A stretch of 32,000 nucleotides of DNA from Candidatus Saccharimonadota bacterium (lineage in GTDB: Bacteria; Pseudomonadota; Gammaproteobacteria; Enterobacterales; Enterobacteriaceae). The stretch is taken from assembly GCF_039383305.1 (NCBI RefSeq), contig NZ_CP135009.1:385661-417660 (forward strand), given 5' to 3'. Below are positions 18,734 to 29,182 of this stretch, one piece after another (positions within the stretch are counted from its first letter, which is position 1; each line of letters begins with the position of its first letter). The notes beneath the pieces are model-generated. The model was not told the origin of the DNA, ran no database searches, and worked only from the letters and a program-made list of their open reading frames with translations. The translations under genes and the position numbers were made by a program.

Positions 18734-19033
18734 ATGACAAAAAAAAATTTTTTAAAACTAATTAAACATACTTACAAAAAAATTGAAAAAAAAATTGAAA
18801 AAAAATACTCTATGATAGATTTAGATATATTACAAGAAGATTATACTTTAAAAATTATTTTTCCAAATACACAAAAAATTATTTTTACTATTCAAAAATC
18901 TTTAAATCAATTATGGATGGCAACAAAAGATAAAGGATATTACTTTGAATATTTAAAAAAAAAATGGAAATGCAAAAGAACTCACCTAGAATTGTTTAAA
19001 ATATTAAAAAAAATTTTTATGAAAATAATTTAA
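18734..19033 (+). CDS. cyaY: Iron-sulfur cluster assembly protein CyaY (frataxin homologue)
   Basis: IIFTIQKSLNQLWMATKDKGYYFEY aligns with E. coli CyaY [25 protein letters not shown]. It is divergent from dapF, as in E. coli. Confidence 0.82.
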   Translation: MTKKNFLKLIKHTYKKIEKKIEKKYSMIDLDILQEDYTLKIIFPNTQKIIFTIQKSLNQLWMATKDKGYYFEYLKKKWKCKRTHLELFKILKKIFMKII

Positions 19034-19056
19034 AAAATTCAAAAATATAAAATTTA

Positions 19057-19130
19057 TCGGCGAAAGAGGATTTGAACCTCTGACCTACTGGTCCCAAACC
19101 AGTTGCGCTACCATACTGCGCTATTCGCCG
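19057..19130 (-). tRNA. proM: tRNA-Pro (TGG)
   Basis: The reverse complement is CGGCGAATAGCGCAGTATGGTAGCGCAACTGGTTTGGGACCAGTAGGTCAGAGGTTCAAATCCTCTTTCGCCGA, with anticodon loop TTTGGGA. It resembles E. coli proM. No CCA is encoded. Confidence 0.92.
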
Positions 19131-19190
19131 AAATTTAATTTTTTTTTAAAATTTTAAAATTTTAAAAAATTTTTTTTAAATTTATATTTG

Positions 19191-19264
19191 GGTGATTAAT
19201 GGGATTTGAACCCATGACCACTGGAATCACAATCCAGAGCTCTACCTACTGAGCTATAATCACC
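19191..19264 (-). tRNA. hisR: tRNA-His (GTG), with encoded G-1
   Basis: The reverse complement is GGTGATTATAGCTCAGTAGGTAGAGCTCTGGATTGTGATTCCAGTGGTCATGGGTTCAAATCCCATTAATCACC, with anticodon loop TTGTGAT. The 8-bp acceptor stem includes G-1:C73. No full CCA is encoded. Confidence 0.92.
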
Positions 19265-19294
19265 AAAAAACTATAAAATTTTATAAAAATTATT

Positions 19295-19368
19295 TACGTT
19301 CGACAGGACTCGAACCTGAAATCTTTACTTTCGGAAAGTAATGCTCTATCCAATTAAGCTACGAACGT
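19295..19368 (-). tRNA. argX: tRNA-Arg (CCG)
   Basis: The reverse complement is ACGTTCGTAGCTTAATTGGATAGAGCATTACTTTCCGAAAGTAAAGATTTCAGGTTCGAGTCCTGTCGAACGTA, with anticodon loop TTCCGAA. The T arm matches E. coli argX. No CCA is encoded. Confidence 0.9.
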
Positions 19369-19601
19369 TTAAAAATATTTATTATTAAAAAATATATATT
19401 TATTAATGTATTTATTTTATTATATACATTATTTAATAAAAATCTAGCTTTTTTAAAAAAAAATATAAAAAAAATATAAAAAATTTATTTATTAAAAAAA
19501 TATTTATATGAATAATTTATATAAAATTAAAAATATTTAATTTCAAAAATTAATATTTTTTTTATTTAATAAAATTTTTTATTAATATCTATTAAAAAAT
19601 A

Positions 19602-20861
19602 TTAAGAACGCTTCATCATATCAAAAAAATCATGATTAGTTTTTGTCATAGATAATTTATTTAATAAAAATTCCATAGCATCAATTTCATTCATTGGGTG
19701 CATAATTTTTCGTAAAATCCACATTTTTTGTAATTCATCCATAGTAGTTAATAATTCTTCTTTACGTGTACCAGATCTATTATAATCTATAGCTGGAAAA
19801 ACACGTTTTTCTGCAATTTTACGTGATAATGGTAGTTCCATATTTCCTGTACCTTTAAATTCTTCGTAAATTACCTCATCCATTTTAGATCCAGTATCAA
19901 TTAATGCAGTAGCAATAATAGTTAAACTACCACCCTCTTTCACATTTCGAGCTGCTCCAAAAAATCTTTTAGGACGATGTAGAGCATTTGCATCTACACC
20001 CCCTGTTAATACTTTTCCGGAAGCTGGAACTACAGTATTATAAGCTCTCGCTAAACGAGTAATAGAATCTAAAAGAATAATCACATCTTTTTTATGTTCT
20101 ACTAAACGTTTAGCTTTTTCAATTACCATTTCTGATACTTGAACATGTCTTGATGCTGGTTCGTCAAATGTAGATGCAATCACTTCACCATTTACTAAAC
20201 GTTGCATTTCAGTAACTTCTTCTGGTCTTTCATCAATTAATAATACCATTAATACACAATCTGGATGATTATAAGCGATACTTTGCGCAATATTTTGTAA
20301 TAACATAGTCTTCCCAGCTTTTGGGGGTGCTACTATCAATCCACGCTGCCCACGTCCAATAGGAGAAGCTAAATCTAAGACTCTAGCAGTTAAATCTTCT
20401 ACAGTTCCATTACCACGTTCCATTTTTAATCGAGAATTTGCATGTAAAGGAGTTAAATTTTCAAATAAAATTTTATTACGAGAATTTTCAGGTTTATCAT
20501 AATTGACTTTATTAACTTTTAATAATGCAAAATATCGTTCCCCTTCTTTAGGAGGTCGTATTTTTCCTGAAATTGTATCACCTGTTCTTAAATTAAACCG
20601 TCTAATTTGACTAGGAGACACATAAATATCATCAGGACCAGCTAAATATGAACTATCTGAAGAACGTAAAAACCCGAAACCATCTTGTAAAATCTCTAAT
20701 ACTCCATCTCCAAAAATATCTTCTCCACTTTTGGAATGTTGTTTTAAAATTGAAAAAATAATGTCTTGTTTACGCATACGCGCTAAATTTTCAAGACCAA
20801 TACCTTCACCTAACCTTAAAAGTTTAGAGACTAATGTATTTTTTAATGTGGTAAGATTCAT
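19602..20861 (-). CDS. rho: Transcription termination factor Rho
   Basis: 419 aa, nearly identical to E. coli Rho along its length: MNLTTLKN...[25 protein letters not shown], Walker [47 protein letters not shown]. Confidence 0.98.
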   Translation of the reverse strand: MNLTTLKNTLVSKLLRLGEGIGLENLARMRKQDIIFSILKQHSKSGEDIFGDGVLEILQDGFGFLRSSDSSYLAGPDDIYVSPSQIRRFNLRTGDTISGKIRPPKEGERYFALLKVNKVNYDKPENSRNKILFENLTPLHANSRLKMERGNGTVEDLTARVLDLASPIGRGQRGLIVAPPKAGKTMLLQNIAQSIAYNHPDCVLMVLLIDERPEEVTEMQRLVNGEVIASTFDEPASRHVQVSEMVIEKAKRLVEHKKDVIILLDSITRLARAYNTVVPASGKVLTGGVDANALHRPKRFFGAARNVKEGGSLTIIATALIDTGSKMDEVIYEEFKGTGNMELPLSRKIAEKRVFPAIDYNRSGTRKEELLTTMDELQKMWILRKIMHPMNEIDAMEFLLNKLSMTKTNHDFFDMMKRS

Positions 20862-21158
20862 AATTATGAGTTATTCAGAATTTCAGAGAAAATTTTAAAA
20901 TATTGTCTTTCCCCTGGTACCACAGAAAATATTATCATTTTAATACGTAATTTGTTTTTAAAAAATAAAAAACATTTTTATTTCCTAATAAAAATGCAGA
21001 TAAAAACTGTGTACTAAGGTAACAAAAAAATTAAAAATTTTAAAATTTTTCTTTTCTCCAGATGATAAATAAACAATGATATATGTATTTTTTTTAAAAA
21101 AAGATTTGTAAATTTAATTTTATAAAAAACACTTATCTCCATTTTTGCAAAATATTTT
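20862..21158 (-). promoter_or_regulatory. Long rho 5' leader / trxA-rho spacer (candidate autoregulatory leader)
   Basis: This 297-nt non-coding spacer lies upstream of rho and contains locally G/C-enriched patches (e.g. CTGTGGTACCAGGGGAAAGAC about 60 nt before the ATG). E. coli rho has a long attenuated leader at the same position. No function is shown here. Confidence 0.3.
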
Positions 21159-21491
21159 TTATGTAATATTTTTATTTAAAAAATCTATTAATTCATTTTT
21201 AGAAAGTGCTCCAATTTGAGTTGCTACAATATTCGATTTATAAAATAACAATAATGTTGGAATACTCCTAATAGAATATTTAACTGGAATCTCAGGATTT
21301 TTTTCTATATTAATTTTTCCAATAATTAAATTTTCAGAATATTGATCAACTAATTCATCTAATAGTGGCGATAAGATCTTACACGGATTACACCAATCTG
21401 CCCAAAAATCTACTAAAATATATTTTTTTTCTAACAAAATTTTCTGTTCAAAATTTTTATCAGTAAACTTGAAAATTTTATTTAAAACCAT
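21159..21491 (-). CDS. trxA: Thioredoxin 1, with a WCNPC active site
   Basis: ILVDFWADWCNPCKILSPLLDEL...IRSIPTLLLF...GALSK aligns with E. coli TrxA. The active-site codons at 21392..21381 read TGT AAT CCG TGT (C-N-P-C) rather than C-G-P-C. Confidence 0.93.
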   Translation of the reverse strand: MVLNKIFKFTDKNFEQKILLEKKYILVDFWADWCNPCKILSPLLDELVDQYSENLIIGKINIEKNPEIPVKYSIRSIPTLLLFYKSNIVATQIGALSKNELIDFLNKNIT

Positions 21492-21582
21492 ATTATATTT
21501 CCTTAATTAAAATTATTAAATTATAAAAAAAATTTTATTTAATAAATTATATAAAAATATTATTTTTGAAAAATTTTAAAAA

Positions 21583-23595
21583 TCATTTTTTTGAAATTAA
21601 CATATTACGAAAATTTTTCAAATATTTTATATTATGTAATATTTTAACTGATTTAGTAAAATCCATTTTGTACCATAACAAATCTATTTTAGGTAATTCA
21701 TTTAAAAAACGACTTGGTAACGTTAATATTGTAGTTCCAAAATAATATCTTTTTTTACAAAAACTCAAAAATAATTGTTTTTTTGCTCGAGTCATGCCTA
21801 CATATAACAAACGTCTTTCTTCAACAATATTATTTAAAAGAATACTTTTTTTATGTGGTAAAATGCCTTCTTCTACTCCAATTATACAAACCACTGAAAA
21901 TTCTAAACCTTTTGAAGAGTGTAAAGTCATTAATTGTAATGTATTCATTTTATTATTAGATTGATATAAAGAATCTAAATTTTCACCACATAAAAAATAA
22001 GATAAAATTTCAATTAAATTTTTTGAATTTTTATTTTTACTATCTAATAAAGTTTTTTTTAACCATTTCGAAAAAAACTGAATATTTTCTATAGCATGTT
22101 TAAATAATGAAGGTTCCTTAAGACGCTTTTGTGTCCAATGTAAATATTTAAGATCTGAAATAATAATATCTAAAATTTTATATGGCATATTATATAAAAT
22201 TTTAGTTAATTTTAAAATCCATTTAAAAAAATTATTTAAAATTAATATTACTTTAGAATTAAAAAAAAATGTTAAATTTTTAAAAATGCATGTATCTAAT
22301 AAATTTAAATTATTTTGTATTGCAACTTTTTTTAATTTTAATATTGTAACTTTCCCTAATCGTCGATTCGGAACATTAATAATACGAATAAAAGCTAAAT
22401 CATCTGAAGGATTAATAATTAGTCTTAAATATGCTAATAAATCTTTTATTTCAATTTTCTCAAAAAAAGATTGTTCGTCATTTAATGTATATGGAATTTT
22501 TTGACTAATTAATTCTGTTTCTAATATTTTTGATTGATAATTGTTCCGATATAAAATCGCATATTCAAAATAATTTAATTTATGAATTTTTTGATGCTTT
22601 TGGATAAATTTTATAACTTTTTTAGCTTCATCAAATTCATGTTCTGCTTCTTCAATTTGTATGAAATCTCCATATTCTAATGTAGAAAATAATTTTTTTT
22701 TATAAAATATGGGATTATATGAAATTAAAGCATTTGCTACTTTTAAAATACGACCAGAAGAACGATAATTCTGTTCCATTTTAATTATATTTAAAGTAGG
22801 AAAATCTTTTTTTAAGAAAAAAAAAATTTTTTGTTGAGCACCTCGCCATGAATAAATTGACTGATCATTATCACCTACAATAGTAAAGTTAGAATTAATA
22901 TTCATTAATGTTTTTAATAATGCATATTGACTTAAATTAGTATCTTGATATTCATCAATTAATAAATATTGAATTTTTTTACGCCATTTTAATTGTATTT
23001 TTAAATTTTTTTGTAACAATAAAGTAGGTAATAAAATTAAATCATCAAAATCTATCATATTATGCAATTTTAAATATCGTTCATATTGCTTATAATAAGT
23101 TAAAAGTAATTGTTGCGATACATTTTTTGATAAATTACAGATGTCTTTAGGTAATAACAATTTTTGTTTCCAAAAAGAAATTTTTAATAAAATCTTTTTA
23201 ATAACCTCTTTTTTTATATTTTTTTGAAAACAAATTAAATTTTTTAAAATTTTAATTTTTTCATTTTCATTTAATAAAGTAAAATTTTTTTTAATATTTA
23301 AAAAACGATATTCTTGACGGATAATACGCATACCAAAAGAATGAAATGTTGAAATAATAATAGAAGACATTTCATTAGAAGTTAAAATTTTTTTTAAACG
23401 ATTTTTAATTTCATATACTGCTTTATTAGTAAATGTTACAGTAATAATAGAATTCGGTTTATAATGATAAAATTTTATTAATTGAATAATTTTATTAATA
23501 ATAACACTTGTTTTACCAGATCCAGCACCAGCTAAAATCAAACAAGGACCAATAACTTTTTTAATAGCTTTTTTTTGTATTAAATTTAATTTCAT
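21583..23595 (-). CDS. rep: ATP-dependent DNA helicase Rep
   Basis: SF1 helicase motifs are present: LILAGAGSGKTSV, TFTNKA, LLIDEYQDTN, VGDNDQSIYSWRGA, NYRSS, LMTLHSSKGLEF and LLYVGMTRAKK. At 670 aa (Rep is 673 aa) and located in the rep-ilvC neighbourhood, it fits Rep rather than UvrD. Confidence 0.9.
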   Translation of the reverse strand: MKLNLIQKKAIKKVIGPCLILAGAGSGKTSVIINKIIQLIKFYHYKPNSIITVTFTNKAVYEIKNRLKKILTSNEMSSIIISTFHSFGMRIIRQEYRFLNIKKNFTLLNENEKIKILKNLICFQKNIKKEVIKKILLKISFWKQKLLLPKDICNLSKNVSQQLLLTYYKQYERYLKLHNMIDFDDLILLPTLLLQKNLKIQLKWRKKIQYLLIDEYQDTNLSQYALLKTLMNINSNFTIVGDNDQSIYSWRGAQQKIFFFLKKDFPTLNIIKMEQNYRSSGRILKVANALISYNPIFYKKKLFSTLEYGDFIQIEEAEHEFDEAKKVIKFIQKHQKIHKLNYFEYAILYRNNYQSKILETELISQKIPYTLNDEQSFFEKIEIKDLLAYLRLIINPSDDLAFIRIINVPNRRLGKVTILKLKKVAIQNNLNLLDTCIFKNLTFFFNSKVILILNNFFKWILKLTKILYNMPYKILDIIISDLKYLHWTQKRLKEPSLFKHAIENIQFFSKWLKKTLLDSKNKNSKNLIEILSYFLCGENLDSLYQSNNKMNTLQLMTLHSSKGLEFSVVCIIGVEEGILPHKKSILLNNIVEERRLLYVGMTRAKKQLFLSFCKKRYYFGTTILTLPSRFLNELPKIDLLWYKMDFTKSVKILHNIKYLKNFRNMLISKK

Positions 23596-23693
23596 AAGAA
23601 ATTCTAAAAAATATTTTTATTTTATTAAAAGATTTTACTAATATATATTTTTTAAAAATGTTTTTAAAAAATTTTCTCTAAAAAAATATAAGA

Positions 23694-25163
23694 TTAATTT
23701 TGTAATTTCATAGAATACATATATGATCTTAATTTTTTTCCAATTAATTCTATTGGATGCTTCGAAATTTTTTCATGTAAAAAATTTAATTTTTTATTGT
23801 CAATACGATGTACGACAAGAGATTCACCTAAATCACTATTCTTAATTTTTTTTAAAAATTTTTTCAAAATTGGTAAAGCATTATTTGTAAATAAATAATT
23901 ACCATATTCTGCTGTATCTGAAATAACTTGATTCATTTCATATAAACGTTTTCTAGAAATCGTATTTGCAATTAAAGGTAATTCATGTAAAGATTCAAAA
24001 TATGCCGATTCTTTCATAATTCCAGAATTAACCATAATTTCAAAAGATAACTCTATACCAGCCTTTAACATAGCAACCATTAACGTACATTTTTCAAAAT
24101 ATTCTTCTTCATTTAAAAAATTTGCATCATATCCGGTTAAACGTTCAAAATCTAAATTTTTATAATAATTTCTCCATAATAATAATTTTTGATCATTATT
24201 GCTCCAATCGTGTATTAATTTTTGAGAAAATTTTCCAGAAATAATATCATCCATATGTTGAATAAATAAAGGATATAAAATTTTTTTTAATTTTATAGAT
24301 AATTTATAAGCACGAATTTGAGCATAATTCGATAACCGCTGAAATAACAATGTAATACCACCTATTTTTATTACTTCAGATAATTTTTCCCATCCATATT
24401 GTAATAATGAAATAGAATATTCCGAATCATACCCTTTTTCAATTAAATGCTCATAACAAGCTAATGAACAAGATTGTAAAAAACCGCATAAAATTGTTTG
24501 CTCACCCATTAAATCTGATTTTACTTCTGCTGAAAAAGAAGATTCTAAAATTCCAGCTTTATGAGAACCCAAACCAACGGCCCAAGCTTTTGCAATATTA
24601 AATCCTTTTTGAAAAAATTTATTTTTTTGATGTACAGCTAATAATGCAGGAACTCCAAATCCTTTTAAAAATTCTGCGCGTACTTCAGTGCCAGGGCATT
24701 TAGGAGCGACCATAATCACAGTAATGTCAGAACGTAATTTCATATTATTTTCTATAACATGAAAACCATGTGAATACCCTAAAAAAGAATTTTTTTTCAT
24801 TAAATGTTGTAAAATTTGAACCACTGAAGAATGTTCTTTATCAGGTGTTAAATTAATAACTAAATCTGCATTAGGAATTAATTCTTCTAATGTACCAACA
24901 AAAAATTTAGCATTTTTTGCTCGATTCCAAGATTTAGTTTTTTTCTGTATAGAAGATTCTCGAAATGCATATGAAATTGAAATTCCAGAATCACGTAAAT
25001 TTAAACCCTGATTGTATCCTTGAGAACCACAACCTACAATTACTACTTTTTTATTTTTTAAAAAATTTAAAGCATTTAAAAATTCCATTTTTTTCATAAT
25101 TCGACAATTTTGTAATTCTTGTAATTTTTCTCGAAAATTTAATTGATTAAAATAATTTTTCAT
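23694..25163 (-). CDS. ilvC: Ketol-acid reductoisomerase
   Basis: [14 protein letters not shown] matches the E. coli MANYFNTLNLRQQL start. [32 protein letters not shown] and GEQTILCG are also present. The ORF-track start at 25187 is a TTG extension. An AAGGA Shine-Dalgarno precedes 25163. Confidence 0.94.
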   Translation of the reverse strand: MKNYFNQLNFREKLQELQNCRIMKKMEFLNALNFLKNKKVVIVGCGSQGYNQGLNLRDSGISISYAFRESSIQKKTKSWNRAKNAKFFVGTLEELIPNADLVINLTPDKEHSSVVQILQHLMKKNSFLGYSHGFHVIENNMKLRSDITVIMVAPKCPGTEVRAEFLKGFGVPALLAVHQKNKFFQKGFNIAKAWAVGLGSHKAGILESSFSAEVKSDLMGEQTILCGFLQSCSLACYEHLIEKGYDSEYSISLLQYGWEKLSEVIKIGGITLLFQRLSNYAQIRAYKLSIKLKKILYPLFIQHMDDIISGKFSQKLIHDWSNNDQKLLLWRNYYKNLDFERLTGYDANFLNEEEYFEKCTLMVAMLKAGIELSFEIMVNSGIMKESAYFESLHELPLIANTISRKRLYEMNQVISDTAEYGNYLFTNNALPILKKFLKKIKNSDLGESLVVHRIDNKKLNFLHEKISKHPIELIGKKLRSYMYSMKLQN

Positions 25164-25188
25164 TAAAAAATATCCTTTTAAAAACAAA

Positions 25189-27057
25189 TTAATTTATATT
25201 GCGAAGATTACGAGTAATTTTTGTAATATCACGTATAGCTCCAGTATCCGCACTTGTTGCTAACAAACCATAAATTTTTAAAGAATCAGATAAAATTCTT
25301 ACTCTTTTTTGCGGTGTATATGCAAATTTTTTTCTTTTTTTTTCTATATTTTTTCTTTTTTCTAATTCTTTCATATGAATTTTTAAAATAATTTCTTTTT
25401 TTGGTAAATTAATTTCTATTAAATCTCCATTTTTAATTAAAGCTATAATACCATAATTTGCAGCTTCAGGAGAAATATGACCAATAGAAATGCCAGAAGT
25501 ACCACCTGAAAATCGACCATCTGTAATTAATGCGCAATCTTTATCTAATTTCATAGATTTTAAAAATGCAGTCGGATACAACATTTCTTGCATTCCAGGA
25601 CCACCACAAGGACCTTCATAACGGATAACAATTACATCTCCTTTTTGAATTTTAGAATTCAAAATTGCTTGCACAGCCTCTTCTTGACTTTCATAAACTT
25701 TAGCTGGACCAATAAAATATAATTTCATATTTTTAATCCCCGCTGTTTTAATCAAAGCTCCATTAGGAGCTAAATTACCATATAATACTGATAATCCACC
25801 AATTTGATTATATGCATATTTACAAGAACGAATACAACCAAATTTACGATCTTTATCTAAAGTTAACCATTTAAAATTTTGAGAAAACGGAATACGAGTT
25901 TTTTTTCCTAACGGACCTGAAGAATAAAAATCTTTAACATATAAATTTTTTGTAGTTAATATATTATATTTTTCTAATAAATTTTGAAAAGTAATACCTA
26001 AAATATTTTTTATAGAATTTTTTAATAAACCTTTTTTTTGTAATTCTATTAAAATTCCTATAATTCCACCGGAACGATGCAAATCTTCCATATGATATTT
26101 TGAGGTATTTGGAGAAATTTTACATAAATAAGGAATTTTTTTAGAAATTTGATTAATATCTTTCATAGAAAAATTAATTCGAGCTGTAACTGCTAAAGCT
26201 AAAATATGTAGAATAGTATTAGTAGAACCACCCATAGCAATATCTAAAGCAATTGCATTATACAAAGATTTATATGTAATTAAATTTTTTGGTAATAAAC
26301 TTTCATCATTTTTTTCATAATATAATTTTGTATTTTTAACAATTAAACGTCCTGCTTTTAAAAATAAATTTTTACGATTAATATGTGTAGCAACTAAAGT
26401 ACCATTTCCAGGCAAAGATAAACCTAATACTTCCGTAATACAATTCATAGAATTTGCTGTAAACATTCCAGAACAAGAACCACACGTAGGGCAAGCAGAT
26501 TGTTCAATTTCTTTTAAAAATTCATCAGAAACATTTTTGTCAGCACCATGTACCATAGCATCTACTAAATCAATTTTTATAATTTTTTTATTATAAATAA
26601 TTTTTCCAGATTCCATTGGGCCACCTGAAACAAAAATTGTAGGAATATTTAAACGTATAGTTGCCAACAACATTCCAGGAGTAATCTTATCACAATTAGA
26701 AACACAAATCATAGCATCAACACAATGAGCATTAATCATGTATTCAATAGAATCTGCAATCAATTCTCGAGAAGGTAAAGAATATAACATGCCACTATGC
26801 CCCATAGCAATACCATCATCTATTGCAATGGTATTAAATTCCTTAGCAATACCACCAGAATTTTGAATTTCTTTAGAAATTAAAGAACCTATATGACGTA
26901 AATGAATATGTCCAGGCACAAATTCTGTAAATGAATTTACAATAGCTATAATTGGTTTCCCAAAATCTTGATCTTTAACACCAGTAGCTCGCCATAATGC
27001 TCTAGCGCCAGCCATATTTCTACCATTAATAGTTGTAGAAGAGCGATAAATAGGCAT
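25189..27057 (-). CDS. ilvD: Dihydroxy-acid dehydratase
   Basis: [26 protein letters not shown] matches the E. coli [26 protein letters not shown] start. [26 protein letters not shown] and [12 protein letters not shown] are also present. The start is moved to the ATG at 27057 by homology; the ATG at 27072 is an alternative. Confidence 0.95.
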   Translation of the reverse strand: MPIYRSSTTINGRNMAGARALWRATGVKDQDFGKPIIAIVNSFTEFVPGHIHLRHIGSLISKEIQNSGGIAKEFNTIAIDDGIAMGHSGMLYSLPSRELIADSIEYMINAHCVDAMICVSNCDKITPGMLLATIRLNIPTIFVSGGPMESGKIIYNKKIIKIDLVDAMVHGADKNVSDEFLKEIEQSACPTCGSCSGMFTANSMNCITEVLGLSLPGNGTLVATHINRKNLFLKAGRLIVKNTKLYYEKNDESLLPKNLITYKSLYNAIALDIAMGGSTNTILHILALAVTARINFSMKDINQISKKIPYLCKISPNTSKYHMEDLHRSGGIIGILIELQKKGLLKNSIKNILGITFQNLLEKYNILTTKNLYVKDFYSSGPLGKKTRIPFSQNFKWLTLDKDRKFGCIRSCKYAYNQIGGLSVLYGNLAPNGALIKTAGIKNMKLYFIGPAKVYESQEEAVQAILNSKIQKGDVIVIRYEGPCGGPGMQEMLYPTAFLKSMKLDKDCALITDGRFSGGTSGISIGHISPEAANYGIIALIKNGDLIEINLPKKEIILKIHMKELEKRKNIEKKRKKFAYTPQKRVRILSDSLKIYGLLATSADTGAIRDITKITRNLRNIN

Positions 27058-27250
27058 AAAAAAATTACTCATAGAAAAAGTTATAATTTTCAATATTTTA
27101 TTTGAAATATTTTATTTTTAAAAAAAATATAAAATATAAAAAAATGTATATATTTAATTAGAATGATAAATATGATAAGATTTTAAAAGTTTTTTAGATA
27201 TTATTTATATTACTAAAAAATTCTATATTTTTAAAAATAATAAAAAAATA

Positions 27251-27324
27251 CAAGGGTGGAGGGATTTGAACCCCCAACACTCGGTTTTGGAGACCGATGA
27301 TCTACCAAATTGAACTACACCCTT
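27251..27324 (-). tRNA. trpT: tRNA-Trp (CCA)
   Basis: The reverse complement is AAGGGTGTAGTTCAATTTGGTAGATCATCGGTCTCCAAAACCGAGTGTTGGGGGTTCAAATCCCTCCACCCTTG, with anticodon loop CTCCAAA. It resembles E. coli tRNA-Trp. No 3' CCA is encoded. Confidence 0.92.
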
Positions 27325-27358
27325 TTAAAAAATTTAAAAATATAAAATTATAAAATTA

Positions 27359-27387
27359 ATTATACAGAAACTATTTTAAAAATACAA
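27359..27387 (-). promoter_or_regulatory. Candidate sigma70 promoter for tRNA-Trp: TTGTAT-N17-TATAAT
   Basis: On the minus strand, TTGTAT lies at 27387..27382 and TATAAT at 27364..27359, with a 17-nt spacer. The -10 ends 34 nt upstream of the tRNA 5' end. Confidence 0.4.
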
Positions 27388-27524
27388 CTACATCTCAAAA
27401 TAGAATATAAAAATAATTATAAAACATTAATTTAAAAATTGATAAAATATTTTTAAAAATTTATATCAAAAAAAATTTTCAAAATATCATATTTTTTTTA
27501 AAATAAATAATTCTGGAATTTTAT

Positions 27525-28736
27525 ATGAAACAACCTATATATTTAGATTATGCAGCTACTACTCCTGTTGATTTAAAAGTATATAAAAAAATGAAAAAAT
27601 TTTTTTTATTTACTGGAATTTTTGGAAATTCAGCTTCTCGTTCACATCAATTTGGTTGGGATGCTGAAAAAGCAATTTGTAAAGCAAGAAAAAATATTGC
27701 ACAGTTAATTAATGCTGATCCTCGTGAAATAATTTTTACTTCCGGAGCAACAGAATCAAATAATTTAGCTATAAAAGGATTATATGAATTTCATAAAAAA
27801 AAAAATACACATATTATTACGAGTCAAATTGAACATAAATCAGTTTTAGATAGTTGTCGATATTTAGAAAGTAAAGGATGTCAAATAACATATTTAAAAC
27901 CTAATAAATATGGTATGATTAATTTAAATGAATTAAATAATACAATCCTTCCACATACACTATTAATTTCTATTATTCATGTTAATAATGAAGTAGGAAT
28001 AATTCAAAATATTTCTAAAATTAGTAAAATCTGTAAAAATAAAAAAATATTTTTACATATTGATGCTACACAAAGTATTGGAAAACTTAAAATTGATGTA
28101 CAAAAATTAAACATAGATTTGTTATCCTTTTCTGGACATAAAATATATGGACCCAAAGGAATCGGAGTATTATATGTTCGACGTCGCCCAAGAATACGTT
28201 TAACTTCACAAATCCATGGAGGTGGTCATGAACGAGGATTACGTTCAGGTACATTACCTATTCATCAAATTGTAGGTTTAGGAGAAGCCTGTAAAATTTT
28301 AAAAAAAGAAATGTATAATGATATTTTACATTATTCTAAATTACAAAATTTATTATGGAATGGTATAAAAAATATTGAAGAAATTTATTTAAATACATAT
28401 TTAAAAAATAGTGTATCCAATATTTTAAATATTAGTTTTAATTTTGTTGAAGGTGAATCTTTAATAATGGCTTTAAAAAATTTAGCTATTTCTTCAGGAT
28501 CTGCTTGTACTTCTTCAAGTTTAGAACCATCATATGTATTACGAGCTATGGGAATTAAAGATGAATTAGCTCACAGTTCTATTAGATTTTCTATAGGTAG
28601 ATTTACTACAATTCATGAAATTGAAATAACAATTAAATCTATACATTTAGCAATCCAAAAATTACGTGAACTTTCACCATTATGGGAAATGTATCAAAAA
28701 GGTATTAATATAGAAAAAATTATATGGAATAAATAA
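27525..28736 (+). CDS. iscS: Cysteine desulfurase IscS
   Basis: [28 protein letters not shown] (PLP Lys), [14 protein letters not shown] and [21 protein letters not shown] (active-site Cys loop) match E. coli IscS almost throughout. Confidence 0.97.
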   Translation: MKQPIYLDYAATTPVDLKVYKKMKKFFLFTGIFGNSASRSHQFGWDAEKAICKARKNIAQLINADPREIIFTSGATESNNLAIKGLYEFHKKKNTHIITSQIEHKSVLDSCRYLESKGCQITYLKPNKYGMINLNELNNTILPHTLLISIIHVNNEVGIIQNISKISKICKNKKIFLHIDATQSIGKLKIDVQKLNIDLLSFSGHKIYGPKGIGVLYVRRRPRIRLTSQIHGGGHERGLRSGTLPIHQIVGLGEACKILKKEMYNDILHYSKLQNLLWNGIKNIEEIYLNTYLKNSVSNILNISFNFVEGESLIMALKNLAISSGSACTSSSLEPSYVLRAMGIKDELAHSSIRFSIGRFTTIHEIEITIKSIHLAIQKLRELSPLWEMYQKGINIEKIIWNK

Positions 28737-28758
28737 TTTAAAATATATGAGAAAAATC

Positions 28759-29166
28759 ATGACATATAGTAAAAAAGTTTTAGATCATTATGAAAATCCT
28801 AGAAATGTAGGTTCATTTAGTAGCAAAAAAAAAAATATTGGAACTAGTTTAGTAGGAGCTCCAGCATGTGGAGATGTTATGAAATTACAAATTAAAGTAA
28901 ATAAAAAAGGCATTATTGAAGATGCTTGTTTTAAAACTTATGGATGCGGATCTGCAATTGCATCAAGTTCTTTAATGACGGAATGGATTAAAGGAAAAAC
29001 TTTAAAAGAAGCTTCAAAAATTCAAAATACAGCCATTGTAAAAGAATTAAATTTACCACCTGTAAAAATTCATTGTTCAATATTAGCAGAAGATGCAATT
29101 AAAGGAGCTATTTCTAATTATCTTTCAAAAAATATGTTAAATAAAAATATAAAAAAATATAAATAA
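28759..29166 (+). CDS. iscU: Iron-sulfur cluster scaffold IscU
   Basis: MTYSKKVLDHYENPRNVGSF, GAPACGDVMKLQIKV, FKTYGCGSAIASSS and PPVKIHCSILAEDAIK match E. coli IscU. The start is moved to the ATG at 28759 by homology; the ORF track begins at 28747. Confidence 0.96.
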   Translation: MTYSKKVLDHYENPRNVGSFSSKKKNIGTSLVGAPACGDVMKLQIKVNKKGIIEDACFKTYGCGSAIASSSLMTEWIKGKTLKEASKIQNTAIVKELNLPPVKIHCSILAEDAIKGAISNYLSKNMLNKNIKKYK

Positions 29167-29182
29167 AATTTAATTTTTCATT

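Noticed and set aside
20915-20922. TGGTACCA palindrome in the rho leader as a possible protein-binding site
   Set aside because: I expect several 8-bp palindromes with two G/C half-site positions by chance in 32 kb. It has no loop for an RNA hairpin and there is no second copy.
21011-21142. 43-codon ORF (MEISVFYKIKFTNLF...) in the rho leader, reminiscent of the position of rhoL
   Set aside because: It has no Shine-Dalgarno, its composition matches what intergenic A/T-rich DNA would encode, and it shows no similarity to E. coli RhoL. About one ORF of this length is expected by chance among all the intergenic ATGs in the window.
22286-22504. 72-aa ORF on the plus strand inside rep
   Set aside because: It is entirely antisense to the well-supported rep CDS. 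It has no Shine-Dalgarno and only a low-complexity F/I/N/K sequence with no recognisable similarity. Antisense frames of A/T-rich, Lys-rich genes stay open by chance.
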